DNA from: Oculina patagonica
Taxonomy: Eukaryota
Length of the DNA: 64,000 bases
NCBI RefSeq assembly: GCF_052425735.1
Contig: NC_135761.1
Location: forward strand, 13,764,001-13,828,000
Direction of reading: 5' to 3'
Shown piece after piece: positions 42,301 to 51,585 of this stretch. The position numbers and the translations under genes were made by a program. The stretch's first letter is position 1, and each line of letters opens with the position of its first letter. The notes beneath the pieces are model-generated. The model was not told the DNA's origin and ran no database searches. It saw nothing but the letters and a program-made list of their open reading frames with translations.

Positions 42301-44827
42301 ATGTAATCATAAATTGAAGTAAAGTGAAATAAAAATCAAACTGGTTTGAAAAAATTTTAAACCAAAGATTAAATTAAACCACAATGCATACAAAGAAACT
42401 AACAATAATAATAATGATAATAATAATAATAATAATTAATAACTATTATGCATCTAAATTGCACAGGCTTCATGGATATATGATCACCTGCACATCACAA
42501 TAAGTTAAAATTGAATAAAATCACATATTAAAGAATAAGTACCCAAAAGATCTAACTAATTCACATACTACATGTAAATAAGCTAATTTAACACAAGATC
42601 CTAAAATTGAATGAAATATAAGAGTACATTGTATCTCAGAGTACTTTTTATGCAATATGCACACATCATGTACAGAAAAAATGTCTTAACCTACCTACTA
42701 AGTCCAATTTGTCTGGTAAGTTGTTCATACATTGAACCTGTCAATCAAAGTGTTGGTTACAAATGTCAGGTCCAAGAAAATCACTTTACAATGAAAAGGC
42801 TCAAAAATCCAGGATTGATTTTGAACAGCACAACAAATGAAACAGCAATACACAACAGTTGATTGTACAATAGGCTTACAGTTTGGAAAGAAATGTCCAT
42901 AGGGTGGTAAAGCTCCCAAGACTATCTGGAAAATAATCTGCGCCATCAAGGCAAACACTGAGAGACCCAACAGTGCCTTCTGAAAGTGTCCTGTAGCACC
43001 CAAAGCTGTAGAGATAAAATATATACAGCAATAGTTTATTATAAGAAGCTTGATCAATTTAATATGAGGTGACTTTCGGGATTGGATGCCAGTCCAAATC
43101 GTAGGTTTACATCTCCACTCTCCTTCCCTACACATTTTTATTGTCAAGTTGCCCTGATGATGATTTGCTGGTAGGGAGAGATACTGTGAGAGTATAAAGT
43201 GTATAGCCCGAGAACATGAAACAATGATATCCCTGCCAGTAGTCCAATCTAGGTACTCGGAAACTTGATCTGAAGTCCAAAACACTGGGCAGTAGCCATA
43301 AGCCGACTACCTTACCAATAAACATCTTAGGGTACATTTTCAAACTAAGCAGTAAAAACAGCAACTACCGGTAAGTCAAGGGATGAAATTAACACTGTGT
43401 GGTTCCAGAAAAGTGTCTACATTCACCCATTGAGAATGTCACTGGAAATTCTAATGGGGTGGATTTTATTTTTTTTATTTTACTTGTTATTTATGAGGGC
43501 TCCACTGAAAACTGCTTTTGCACTTGATGGATTCCCTTGTTAAATATATTCTTCTAGTTAATATTATTATTATTGAACTTTTCAAAACTAGGAGAAGCCA
43601 CGAGCCAAGCGGCCCACCCTGCCGGAGCTTATCCCGGTTTCCGTAGCATTAAGCGGCTAGGAATATTTCTACTCCCCCCTGGATGGGATGCTAGTCCATC
43701 GCAGGGTTTCCCCCCAGCATTATGTCGCCGGTACCCATTTATACACCTGGGTGGAGAGAGGCACTATGAGAGTAAAGTGTCTTGCCCAAGAACACAACAC
43801 AATTGACCCCAGCCGGGGCTCGAACTCGGACCGCTCGATCCGGAGTCCAGCGCTCTAACCATTAGGCCACCGCACCTCCCAGTTTTTCAAAACTAACTGG
43901 AATCCAAATCAAACCTTCCCCCCACCCCCTGGCCTCCCCTATGATGTAGGCCTGCAGATTTATGGTTCATCTAATGAGTATGGTCTGGGTCCCTGCATTG
44001 ATTGCAAATGTATTTCATGACAAAAGTTAGCAAGTGATCTTTCAAACCTCTTGATGGATTAGGTAGGAGAGGAATAGCCAGAAGACAACACAAGTAGATG
44101 ACAGAGAAACCATTGAATCTGAAACAACAAGCTGAAAAAGAAACAAACTTTGACATTTTAATTTATTTATGGAAAACAAATTAGAAGAGATCAATTCAGT
44201 ACTGAGTGAGGGCAGCAAATTTTAAGAGATATTAATCCACGGCAATGCAATGGCGCAGATACCAAATGAGAACTTTATACAAACGGGCAGTTTTGATAGT
44301 GTAGTCAAATTACCAACAAATTACGTCACCGCGGGCAATGTGATAGAGTTGTTTAACTCGGCGACTTCTTTTGAACTGTTTCGATACTTTGAGGCCAAGA
44401 TAGATATCGTTTTAATCATTCTTTAAATCTCTCTTAAAGAAACTACTTATTTGCTCAGTAAAAGGTTTTACACACTCCTGGTTTAGTGACTTTTCAAATT
44501 GAATTTGTTATGCGTCTGAGCAGGTCGGTGATCTTCGCCGAAACTGCGCGCAGTTTCTGGTCCTTTTTACACAAATAAGAAAAGCTGCCCCGCTACACGA
44601 AAGAAATTCCAGTGCAAAGCAATTTAGAGTTAAGTGCAAACTGTTTAACTAAAATATACACAAGAAATGCACCCCAGTATTCCCGCGCAGTGATTTTATT
44701 CGTGCGCTGCACTGCTTGAAGAGCTGTGTTATGAAATGAACATGAAACGAAATTTACACCCACCTCCTAACAATACAAGAGGAAGAATCCATCTAAAGAG
44801 AAATGTGCAAGCTACAGGCGAAGACAT
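2857..44827 (-). CDS. piezo: Piezo-type mechanosensitive ion channel, complete 43-exon gene (about 2327 aa)
   Basis: Exons read by hand, all GT-AG and phase-consistent: 44827-44764, 44131-44048, 43005-42880, 42737-42695, 37321-36884, 35552-35396, 34655-34575, 33906-33721, 33268-32999, 32390-32249, 29870-29844, 29085-28880, 27726-27578, 26773-26368, 25687-25508, 24878-24786, 24010-23954, 23405-23262, 22452-22251, 21564-21472, 20642-20461, 19854-19633, 18789-18524, 17868-17779, 17470-17394, 17208-17056, 16310-15940, 15229-14729, 14328-14244, 13096-13011, 12690-12644, 12486-12333, 11782-11738, 11553-11495, 11396-11289, 9986-9828, 9453-9306, 8106-7921, 7191-7087, 5726-5560, 4681-4562, 3910-3659, 3109-2857. 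Sum 6984 nt. Piezo hallmarks: N-terminus MSSPVACTFLFRWILPLVLLGACCFRFNGFS, AWSITYHSWLTFVLLLWACLIW, latch AIYSGDYKWFETESEEE, GYPTRILGNFLTK, PFLLELRSVLDW, IWFPLLFMS, C-terminus [25 protein letters not shown]. The exon 2 donor (GTTTGA) and the small exons in disordered loops are less certain. Confidence 0.96.
4270..4420 (+). mobile_element. Degenerate Penelope-like fragment with decayed hammerhead motif
   Basis: cggacgaagggcctaacgctcaaaacgtcag resembles the CTGACGA-stem-GAAACGTCAG minimal hammerhead of Penelope-like elements, with the core mutated. Confidence 0.4.
6143..6605. mobile_element. Tc1/mariner-type MITE (TA TSD)
   Basis: ta|cagtaagaacctgcatttt ... aaaatgtaggtttttactg|ta. Confidence 0.65.
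7427..7819. mobile_element. Kolobok-like MITE
   Basis: ttaaagggactatgtcac ... gtgacatagtccctttaa. Perfect TIR with TTAA on both sides. Confidence 0.75.
8250..8731. mobile_element. TA-flanked MITE with internal aattaacgcg repeats
   Basis: ta|ccttattataggaaatt ... aatttcctataataagg|ta. TIR start shared with 34202-34424. Confidence 0.7.
8870..9045 (+). mobile_element. tRNA-derived SINE-like repeat
   Basis: A box tagctcagttggttagag and degenerate B box ggtttgattcc. No closing acceptor stem. Confidence 0.55.
9490..9656. mobile_element. Short palindromic MITE
   Basis: agcgacctttaaattggactacaagtacgagattgagtac / gtactcgatctcgtactcgtagtcaaatctaaaggtcgct. Confidence 0.6.
10162..11120. mobile_element. 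Non-autonomous Mutator-like (MULE) DNA transposon
   Basis: About 96-bp perfect TIR starting cattgtgtctagatacccggcagcc. 9-bp TSD taaaataat at 10153-10161 and 11121-11129. Confidence 0.85.
11930..12102 (-). mobile_element. tRNA-derived CORE/MIR-like SINE, partial
   Basis: ggtacccatttatatacctggatggagagaggcactgtgagagtaaagtgccttgcc. Same family as 43590-43881. Confidence 0.7.
13195..14165. repeat. Two clusters of a 28-bp minisatellite (gttttcccgcgcttggcaccggttacat)
   Basis: Tandem units at about 13195-13320 and 14060-14165. Confidence 0.65.
16572..16924. mobile_element. Kolobok-like MITE (diverged)
   Basis: ttaaagggactgtg ... cacagtccctgtaa. Internal gcaatccgtttcaatctt shared with 21636-22035. 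Confidence 0.65.
19189..19546. mobile_element. Kolobok-like MITE
   Basis: ttaaaggggctatgtcacg ... cgtggcatagcccctttaa. Confidence 0.7.
20660..21440. repeat. Intronic minisatellite with a 25-27 bp unit (caatgtctcacggcacaaaaacaagcc)
   Basis: Head-to-tail units fill most of Piezo intron 20 and produce the repetitive HGTKTSPMS-type ORFs in all frames. Confidence 0.9.
21636..22035. mobile_element. Kolobok-like MITE (diverged)
   Basis: aagggactgtgtcacgg ... ccatgaaacagctcctttaa. Confidence 0.6.
26263..26305. repeat. (GACA)n microsatellite
   Basis: About 10 tandem gaca units. Confidence 0.95.
26915..27061. mobile_element. Palindromic PIF/Harbinger-type MITE (TAA TSD)
   Basis: taa|tggtggatttccactgacgcgtaa ... 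ttacgcgtcagtggaaatccacca|taa. The whole element folds back and is nested in an older repeat. Confidence 0.75.
27965..28376 (-). mobile_element. tRNA-derived Deu/Nin-domain SINE, near full length
   Basis: Minus strand: tRNA head accggttagctcagtaggtagagcacc...ggttcgactcc, then ggacgttaaagaac...gaagttcccggtgttgtggtc, which resembles the Deu/Nin domain. A head of the same family lies at 57575. Confidence 0.75.
28560..28750 (-). mobile_element. Degenerate CORE/MIR-like SINE
   Basis: cccatttatacacctgggtggagagcgac...aagtgtcttgcccaagaacac. Confidence 0.65.
30708..32184. mobile_element. 1.48-kb non-autonomous TIR transposon with AATT TSD (Sola1-like)
   Basis: About 80-bp TIR gaatagcttgatgcaaaggtatgctaagtgacttttaag. 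aatt at 30704-30707 and 32185-32188. No transposase ORF. Confidence 0.75.
34202..34424. mobile_element. TA-flanked MITE
   Basis: ta|ccttattgttacttattttcgcggga ... tcccgcgaaaataagtaacaataagg|ta. Confidence 0.75.
37506..38039. mobile_element. Foldback MITE with about 255-bp arms and CACAG...CTGTG termini (P-element-like)
   Basis: Near-perfect inverted arms at 37506-37761 and 37784-38039. Flanks gttaaaa / gtttaaaa look like a 7-8 bp TSD. Confidence 0.8.
39490..41095. mobile_element. 1.6-kb element with about 170-bp imperfect TIRs and an internal telomere-like tract
   Basis: aagaaacgcactttgagttttggccaaattgaaaattgtcacaa... is inverted at 41005-41092. TAACCC/GGGTTA repeats at 40654-40815. Confidence 0.7.
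41096..41300 (-). mobile_element. 5'-truncated CR1/L2-clade LINE, ORF2 C-terminus
   Basis: LRRRGSNVVQPPYNSPVMHNSFLYLIAHFWNQL...FQGSL...GCQCMNC fits the SFxY..WNxL..FK..L C-terminal pattern. Probable 3' UTR and tail at 37418-38155. Confidence 0.6.
42040..42385. repeat. Two adjacent palindromic repeats
   Basis: gaagatatgaattttattttctcgtggtaaa / tttaccactcgaaaataaaattcatatcttc, and aattaatctttggtttaaaaatttt / aaaattttaaaccaaagattaaatt. Confidence 0.6.
43590..43881 (-). mobile_element. tRNA-derived CORE/MIR-like SINE, near full length
   Basis: Minus strand: gggaggtgcggtggcctaatggttagagcgctggactccggatcgagcggtccgagttcgagcccc (A and B boxes), then the gttcttgggcaagacactttactc core. Confidence 0.85.
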
Positions 44828-46279
44828 TCTCTTGTTCCTTGGTAGATACACGTCTTCTACTTGATCCTCAAAAGAAAAAGACGACGATCTCGTTCGCGCT
44901 GTGAGTCACGTAGTCCAAAGTCTCAACCCCCGAATCGGGGGACATGAACGTACGGCTTCCGATAAAACCCGCTTGTAATAACGAACTTAACTAAAATTTC
45001 GATGAAAATAGGAAATAATACTGAAAAAGAAAACTTTCACGTTAGTTTGAATGTCAAATTCCCAGAAAAGAAACCGAAATAAAAAGTAACATGATAGATT
45101 TGCCTCAAATTTCGAAACGAAAACACAGTGAGCCCACGGCTTATCAACTGGTGGTCAGCTGAGCAGAAAAACTGTTTCATAGCAACTCTCCGTCATGTAA
45201 AGCATCCCATTGTGTCAAATTGAATTTTCGAGGGGCGCCCGTTCTACATTGATTAGCTTACATTGTTCAGAGTAAATCTGTTAATACCGGCGAATTTAGA
45301 CCACAGGAGGGTATGGATCGCTAATTTTGAATCCCTATAGCTAAACTGTTAATTATTTGAATACCGTTTCCGTCATGTTCAGTATTTCTTCTTCATTCCG
45401 TTTAAGGAGGCTCGACGTAGTTTTTTTTAGCCGAGGGGTGGTTGTATTGAAAATTAAAATTATCAAGGAAGCCAATGCTCGATTTTTGCCAAAATACACC
45501 ATAATGATCAAATATGACCAAATTTTTATTTTTTACCCGTCACTTAATCACAAAGGTTACCATAGCAACCACTGACGTTTTCTGTTGTTCTCAAACAAGC
45601 TTGATTTTCTCGAAATCTAGATTGACTCTTGGTATTCATTTTTTGATATGTTCAAGTATAGTAGGCTGACTACCTGTACACAAAATTTTAGGAAAATCTG
45701 TAAGAGCGTTTTCAAGTAAATCAAGAATGAAATTTTCAGAAAAACCCCGTTTTAATCTAATTTTATGACATTGCTTAATAACGTTGTTATAAGGGTTTGT
45801 ATGGGAATATAACGATCGTAAAAAATAATTCAAAATAAAGAGAAAATATCCGATAAAGTCGACTTACCTATCCTCTTCTATGTAAATCTTGTGCTTCTAT
45901 GCCGTTTGGGGGCGTTTTGAAGCGATTCCAGTGGGTTTTAGGTTCGCTGGTTTCCTCTCTCTACATAATTATATAGAGAAAAAAAAACCCACCGGAATCG
46001 CTTCAAAACGTCCCCAAACGGCAACTCCAACTCGGCATAGATTGTGTTTAAGTTTTCTAATGTCGGATTCACAGGGAAAGCTTACCTTAACCAGCGAAAG
46101 CGGAACCGGCGGGAAAAACTTCAAGTATAACTTATGAGATATGACTCGACATGACATTTAGAGCACCTTTCCCAGGGGGAGGGGACCCTGGGGTTACTCC
46201 CTTGTAACCACAGCTTTATAGGTATATGCGGCGTCAAAGGATAAATTTTCCGTGCCGTTTTGGTTTGGAACTCGAGGAT

Positions 46280-46700
46280 GAGGGGGGGGGGGGTACTCCC
46301 TATAATGGCCTATACGAGGAAGCTCCGCCCGAAAGGGGTACCTTTTTTAGGATTCAGGTATGAAAAAGGGTAGGATTTCACAAGTTTAAGTATGTGAAAG
46401 GGTGCGAAAATCTGTCATTTAGGTATTTAAAAGGGCCTATAATTAAAATATTTCGAACAGACGCAATTTATGGCTATATTATTTTAATTTATTAAGCGCT
46501 ACATGAAAATAACAAGAAAACGTCTTGTTCTAAGTCTATGCCATGCCTTTTACATATATGATAGGCATACCTTTTTTCAGCAAAAGGTATACGAAAGGGG
46601 TACAATTTCTATCAAAATGGTATATAAAAGGGTAAGGGGTTAAAGATCGGGGCGGAGCCTCCTCGTACAAAACGTTTTTGTGTAGCCCCCCCCCCCCCGG
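46280..46700. mobile_element. MITE with poly-G/poly-C termini
   Basis: gggggggtactccc...tacgaggaagctccgccc / gggcggagcctcctcgtac...ccccccccggg. Confidence 0.55.
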
Positions 46701-47207
46701 GGGGGGTTTGGAATGGGTATAGATTTTGACCACTTTAATTTGATGTAAAGAAAGTAAGGTCTACGCTATGCACTCCTATCAGCAATTACCGGTAGGTATC
46801 TTGGAATACACTATTTTCATCGCTTTTGTTATTCCACTATTAAGTCATTTCTGTACATTTGCAATATTAGGTCAGGAAAACACGCAAAATACCATGCGTT
46901 ATTACACTGCAGTATTCCGTTTAGCCTGATGACAGGCTCCTTAATGGGGTATAGCTAAGATTCCGAAGAAAATGGGCGAGTAAGGCGAGCCGAGAAAAAT
47001 CGAAAAGACGAGCATGTTCTCGCATCGGAGTCATCTGCGAGATCTTCCTACCAAGACCGCGCTCGGCTCACCCCACTAGGGAGCTTGTTGGCAATATTCC
47101 TCATTACAATTTAGGGCTCCATGTGGTAGCTAAATGACAAGAAAAATGCAGAAGAATAATACATCCCTTATTCGAGGGTTTAATAGATAAAATAGGACAC
47201 GCAGATA

Positions 47208-47388
47208 CGAAAATGTCCTGCGCAGCGTTAATTTAAATGAACACATTGGATTAAATGTAAAGTTTAACGCTGGAAAGTTCAATGTAAAATACTAAACGTT
47301 TCGGCAGTGCTGATGAAGGCAGCACTGCCGAAACGTTTATTATTTTACATTGAACTTTCCAGCGTTAAACTTTACATTTAATCCAATG
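47208..47388. mobile_element. Penelope-like element remnant: inverted pseudo-LTR with hammerhead core
   Basis: Palindrome with arms 47244-47312 and 47320-47388. CTGATGA (47310-47316), ggcag-ca-ctgcc stem, GAAA (47330-47333). Flanked by a 14-bp direct repeat aggacacgcagata at 47194-47207 and 47389-47402. Confidence 0.7.
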
Positions 47389-47931
47389 AGGACACGCAGA
47401 TATTTTACCCTCATTCCTCGCTTTTTCAACAGTTTTTTTCGGTTAAAAGGTTGTGCAATAAATCTCTTATGACCCAACCTCGATCGGGACTACTCTGGGA
47501 GAACATTGACTCTAGCTCGGTCTTTTCTATACGAAACTTTGCTGCTGTGTTCGATTCGTACTGTCAATTTTTACGGATGTTATCCAAATACGGCCTTTGC
47601 ATGATAAGGAAAATCGCACATTATAATCAAGTGGTGGGCCGCATGTGGTCATGTGTTTCACCTTATAAAAAGTCTGGTAATGTTTGACCTGAAAAAAAGT
47701 TTGGTCGTGCGGTTGACATGCAATTTAACTTCCAAAAGCTTTAAGTATAAGAGTTTCCTTATACTTATTTCTTTCTTTATCTTGGCGTAATGTGCAGTGG
47801 AGGGGTTTCTCAATGGCTGGGCCGGACCCCATCGGCGGTCTCTTCGCACGCACTATCGAGACTTGTACATGCATTTTAAATGGCTAAGAGAAGAAGCAAC
47901 TCATCATTCTCTTCAGGGGGCTTAAATGAAC

Positions 47932-48058
47932 AGGGGCGGATATAGGGGGATGACCTACGGCTTAGTATTCGCTTTTAAAATTTCTTTACGTCGCCAGTCA
48001 GTTACGCCATTCCTTAGTGGTGCACCCCCTCCTAAGAAAAATCCTGAATTCGCCCCTG
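47932..48058. mobile_element. Short hAT-like MITE (CAGGGG termini); related copy at about 35196-35358
   Basis: caggggcggatatagg ... cctgaattcgcccctg. Internal ccattccttagtg...tgcaccccctcctaagaaaaatcctg is inverted at 35205-35250. Confidence 0.55.
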
Positions 48059-48069
48059 ATTCATCTGTG

Positions 48070-48190
48070 TGTTGAAGAAAAATATTTATCTAGGAAATAC
48101 TAATACCCTTATTCTGGTCTATAGAGCCTTGTCCTTCGATTTCTGATTGATGGTGGTTCATCCTACTCTACTGCAGAAGATCGGTTGTCG

Positions 48191-48225
<35 letters not shown>

Positions 48226-48960
48226 TATAATAATAATAATAATAATAATAATAACTAAAACGTGTCTCCCTTTAATAGTATATGCTCGCAGTGAGAACTG
48301 TTTATGTCAAAATCATTGTTTTATTGACGAAGTGAGGTTGAGATTATATTCAATATCTGAATATCTTTTATTAAAACAAATTATAGTTGACCACGTAGAA
48401 TCATGAGTATAAAAAATAAAAATTACAACCAATTTCAGAGAAATGATTCAGGCCAACATTTTCATTCGGCATATGTCACTTAAGCTTCTTTCTTAAATCT
48501 AATTGAAATAAATCTAAGTTGGCGTGTTTTGTTAACACTTTTTTGACTATAAAAACCGTTCCTATAGACACTGCTATGACCAAATGTCTTACAGTGTGCA
48601 AAGTACCTACATTTCAAATAAGCTAAAGATGAAATCACGCAACATTACTACAAAATAAATTTAACAACTATTTAAATTTTCTGAATCTTGACCCAACACT
48701 TAAGAAAATCGTTGTTATTCCTCAGATTACAACACAGGATATATTCTTTTAAACTGTTTTACATTTATATTCAAGATCAAGACTCACAAGCAATCACGCA
48801 TATTCTCATATACAGACACCATACTAAATACATGCATTTGTAATGTCGTATAAAGCAATATTATTAATTTTACACAGCAATTTCATAAAAATTAGCTTTC
48901 TAAACTGAAGGATTGATATACTTGTACACTATACATAATTACGAATAGGACGGCTAACTA
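48070..48960. repeat. Duplicated NLR 3' flank/UTR, paralogous to about 58395-59240
   Basis: Shared blocks include aaacaaattatagttgaccacgtag.atcatgagtataaaaaata and ttttacatttatat...acaagcaatcac.catattctc. Confidence 0.85.
48191..48254. repeat. (AAT)n microsatellite
   Basis: About 21 units, absent from the paralogous flank at about 58505. Explains the poly-Ile ORF. Confidence 0.95.
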
Positions 48961-48976
48961 CAAGTCGTACAAATCA

Positions 48977-51190
48977 CTAAAGAAATTGTGGTTCGAGCTG
49001 TACGCTGCAGGTGCTATTCACTGTTTGTGCATCTGACAGGGAAGCGCGACAAGTAGGACCAATCCTGTTCAAACTCAAATCCAAATGAGACAACGTGATA
49101 TTCACTGTAAGAGCCTTAGAGAGAAAACCAGCACCAGAAGCACCAATCCAGTTCTCACTCAAATCCAAATCAGTCACTGTGGTATTAACAGTAAGAGCCC
49201 TAGAGAGAAAACCAGCACCAGAATCACCAATCCCGTTCGCACTCAAATTCAAGTCAGTCACTGTGGTATTCACTGCCAGAGCCTTAGAGAGAAAACCAGC
49301 ACCAGAATGACCAATCTTGTTCCCTCTCAAATTCAAGTAAGTAATTGTGGTCCTTTTATTAACAGTAAGAGCCCTAGAGAGGGAACCAGTACCAGAATCA
49401 CCAATCATGTTCCCACTCAAATCCAAATGCGTCAATGTGGTATTCACTACGAGAGCCTTAGAAAGAGAACCAGCACCAGAATAACCAATCCCGTTCCCTC
49501 TCAAATTCAAATACGTAATTGTGGTATTAACAGTAAGAGCACTAGAGAGTGAACCAGCACCAGAATCACAAATCGTGTTCCCACTCAAATCCAAATAAGC
49601 CAAAGCGGCATTCACTGTAAGAGCCTTAGAGAGAAAACCAGCACCAGAATGACCGATGCTGTTTCGACTTAAATCCAAATAAGCCAATGTGGTATTCACT
49701 GTAAGGGCCTTAGCAAGGGAACAAGCACCAGAATCACCAATCCTGTTCTCACTCAAATCCAAATGAGCCAATGCGGTATTCACTGTAAGAGCCTTAGAGA
49801 GAGAACCAGCACCAGAATCACCAATCGTATTCCGACTTAAAACCAAATGAGTTAATGTGGTATTCACTGTAAGAGCATCAGAGAGAGAACCAGCACCAGA
49901 ATTACCAATCCGGTTGCAAATTAAATTTAAATTAGCCAATGTGGTATTCACTACAAGTGCGTTAGAGAGTGAATCAGCACCAAAATCACCAATCCTGTTC
50001 CCACTCAAATCCAAATGAGTCAATGTGGTATTCACTGTAAGGGCCTTAGAGAGAGAACCAGCACCAGGATGACCTATCCCGTTCCGACTTAAATTCAAAT
50101 CAGTTAAAGTGGCATTAACTGTAAGCGCATCTGAGAGGAAACACGCCTCAGAATCACTAATCTCTAATGTTAAAGTTTCAAGGTCAAGGTGGGAACCAAA
50201 AGTATGCGCCAATCGAGACTGAAGGTTTTCTTTACAAGTTATACACTCCGTTATACAGTCAAAAGCGAAGCGCACATTTTTGGCTGTAACTTCAAGCTTA
50301 TTAAAAAGAGTACTGCGACCGCCGCAATTTATATGCTTAGTTATGCTTTTTACAAGACACACGGCGGTTTCTTCGCATTGTGACGTAACAATTCCACTCA
50401 TGAACAAAAATACTTGTTTAAGTTCAGTTAAATACCTCTTATCAGTCACTTCTGTATCCAAGTCAATTTCTTCGCTGAGAATCTTGGTGGCGAGATAGAA
50501 ACCAGCGAAGAACTCTTGAAAGCTCTTGTGTAAAAATCCGTAACGCAGGCAGGTTTTCCTTCTACTGCCTGCAGCTTGGACTGACAGAAATCCAAACTTG
50601 GTTAAAGCAGTTGAATTGCTACCAGATTCGCTTTCTTCAATATATAGCTCTCCTTTACGTAGAGAAATTAACGCCATAAGCCCCAGACATATTAGCTCTT
50701 TCTTGTAAACTTTAATTAGGTCTTCGTTGTTGCTAGCTAAGCCATTCTTCTTTTCGTATCTTCTCAAAACACAGAGAACAATTTCAATGTACAATTGAGT
50801 CCTGCTCGTCGGAAGATCACCCTCAAAATCCTCCCAGAGTACACAAAGTAAAGCTGTGTTTAGAGGATTTGACGTCAGTTCGCGTAAGTGATCAATAGAT
50901 CGAGGCCAGAAACATTCCACTAGTTCTTCTGGCCTATCGCCCAAGAAATCAGATCCATAAAGTTTCGTTAGAAGTTTGTCAGCCATAGGTTTGTTGTTTT
51001 TAAAGTGCTTGAAGATGAAACTTCGTGCATCTAGATAGGTGAATCCAACAATTTCCCACAGGGTATCACAGAAGCGCCTAAATTTCATTCCAACTTCATG
51101 TCTAGATGTAAGAATGATGCGACATTCAGGCAGCTCTCTACTTTCAACAAGTTTGATATACATTGGTAGTTTACTGGGGTCAGCTTCGTC
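48977..51190 (-). CDS. NLR-A: C-terminal part of NACHT + HD/WH + about 14 RI-type 28-aa LRRs (NLRC3/NLRC4-like)
   Basis: Open frame of about 738 codons: DEADPSKLP...ILTSR (sensor 1)...NPLNTALLC...FLHKSFQEFFAG, then LxxLxLxxNxIGxxGAxxLxxALxxNxT repeats. The first 31 aa of ORF 48977..51283 come from the LINE insertion. Confidence 0.85.
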   Translation of the reverse strand, partial: DEADPSKLPMYIKLVESRELPECRIILTSRHEVGMKFRRFCDTLWEIVGFTYLDARSFIFKHFKNNKPMADKLLTKLYGSDFLGDRPEELVECFWPRSIDHLRELTSNPLNTALLCVLWEDFEGDLPTSRTQLYIEIVLCVLRRYEKKNGLASNNEDLIKVYKKELICLGLMALISLRKGELYIEESESGSNSTALTKFGFLSVQAAGSRRKTCLRYGFLHKSFQEFFAGFYLATKILSEEIDLDTEVTDKRYLTELKQVFLFMSGIVTSQCEETAVCLVKSITKHINCGGRSTLFNKLEVTAKNVRFAFDCITECITCKENLQSRLAHTFGSHLDLETLTLEISDSEACFLSDALTVNATLTDLNLSRNGIGHPGAGSLSKALTVNTTLTHLDLSGNRIGDFGADSLSNALVVNTTLANLNLICNRIGNSGAGSLSDALTVNTTLTHLVLSRNTIGDSGAGSLSKALTVNTALAHLDLSENRIGDSGACSLAKALTVNTTLAYLDLSRNSIGHSGAGFLSKALTVNAALAYLDLSGNTICDSGAGSLSSALTVNTTITYLNLRGNGIGYSGAGSLSKALVVNTTLTHLDLSGNMIGDSGTGSLSRALTVNKRTTITYLNLRGNKIGHSGAGFLSKALAVNTTVTDLNLSANGIGDSGAGFLSRALTVNTTVTDLDLSENWIGASGAGFLSKALTVNITLSHLDLSLNRIGPTCRASLSDAQTVNSTCSVQLEPQFL

Positions 51191-51508
51191 TTTTGGGGAT
51201 AGAGCCTTTTGGGGATAGAGCCTTTGCCAAGGCAGGCCCCTCCCTGTGGAATGAGCTTCCTGTTGACATTCGCAAAGCGTCATCAGTGGAGACTTTTAAA
51301 AGTCAATTGAAGACTTTCCTTTTTAAGAAAGCATTTCGCGTTTAAGCGTTTTAACTTTTCAATCACACTGTTTCTAGTTTGATTTGTATGTAGGTTCATT
51401 CTAATTTTTATATTTTTATATTATTTTTACATATAGTAAACAGCGCTTTAGAATATTTATAGTTTTTAGCGCTATATAAATGTATAAATTAATTATTTAT
51501 TATTATAT
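51191..51508 (+). mobile_element. 5'-truncated L2-type LINE 3' end inserted in NACHT Walker B
   Basis: Encodes FGDRAFAKAGPSLWNELPVDIRKASSVETFKSQLKTFLFKKAF*, then an AT-rich 3' UTR and (tta)n tail. gtc is duplicated at 51188-51190 and 51509-51511. Antisense to the NLR. Confidence 0.9.
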
Positions 51509-51585
51509 GTCTAATCCATCAAGCACTAACAAAACTTTGGACTGTTTTTCACGAATGAATTTGAAAAAGCTCTCTTTCGATTCTT
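51509..51585 (-). pseudogene. NLR-A NACHT remnant (ESFFKFIREKQSKVLLVLDGLD) ending at a deletion junction
   Basis: Matches NLR-B at about 61643-61718, then joins directly to intron sequence equivalent to 62155. The 436 bp carrying the splice acceptor and Walker A are missing. Confidence 0.9.

Noticed and set aside
42725-43285. 186-aa ORF and other short ORFs in Piezo introns (e.g. 12315-12785, 36053-36457)
   Set aside because: Only 43005-42880 of this ORF is a Piezo exon in that frame. The rest are intronic or antisense frames with no recognisable motifs.
48185-48406. Poly-Ile ORF
   Set aside because: It is the (AAT)n microsatellite.
44827-48977. Functional link or read-through between the NLR cluster and Piezo
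   Set aside because: Only adjacency supports it. NLR-A has its own stop and AATAAA (about 48367), and Piezo has its own start.
49085-49552. Plus-strand repetitive ORFs over the LRR arrays (also 59409-59780 and 60440-60652)
   Set aside because: Antisense shadows of the 84-nt LRR repeats.
51191-51283. N-terminus MTLCECQQ... of the 768-aa ORF
   Set aside because: It is antisense LINE sequence, not a native NLR start.
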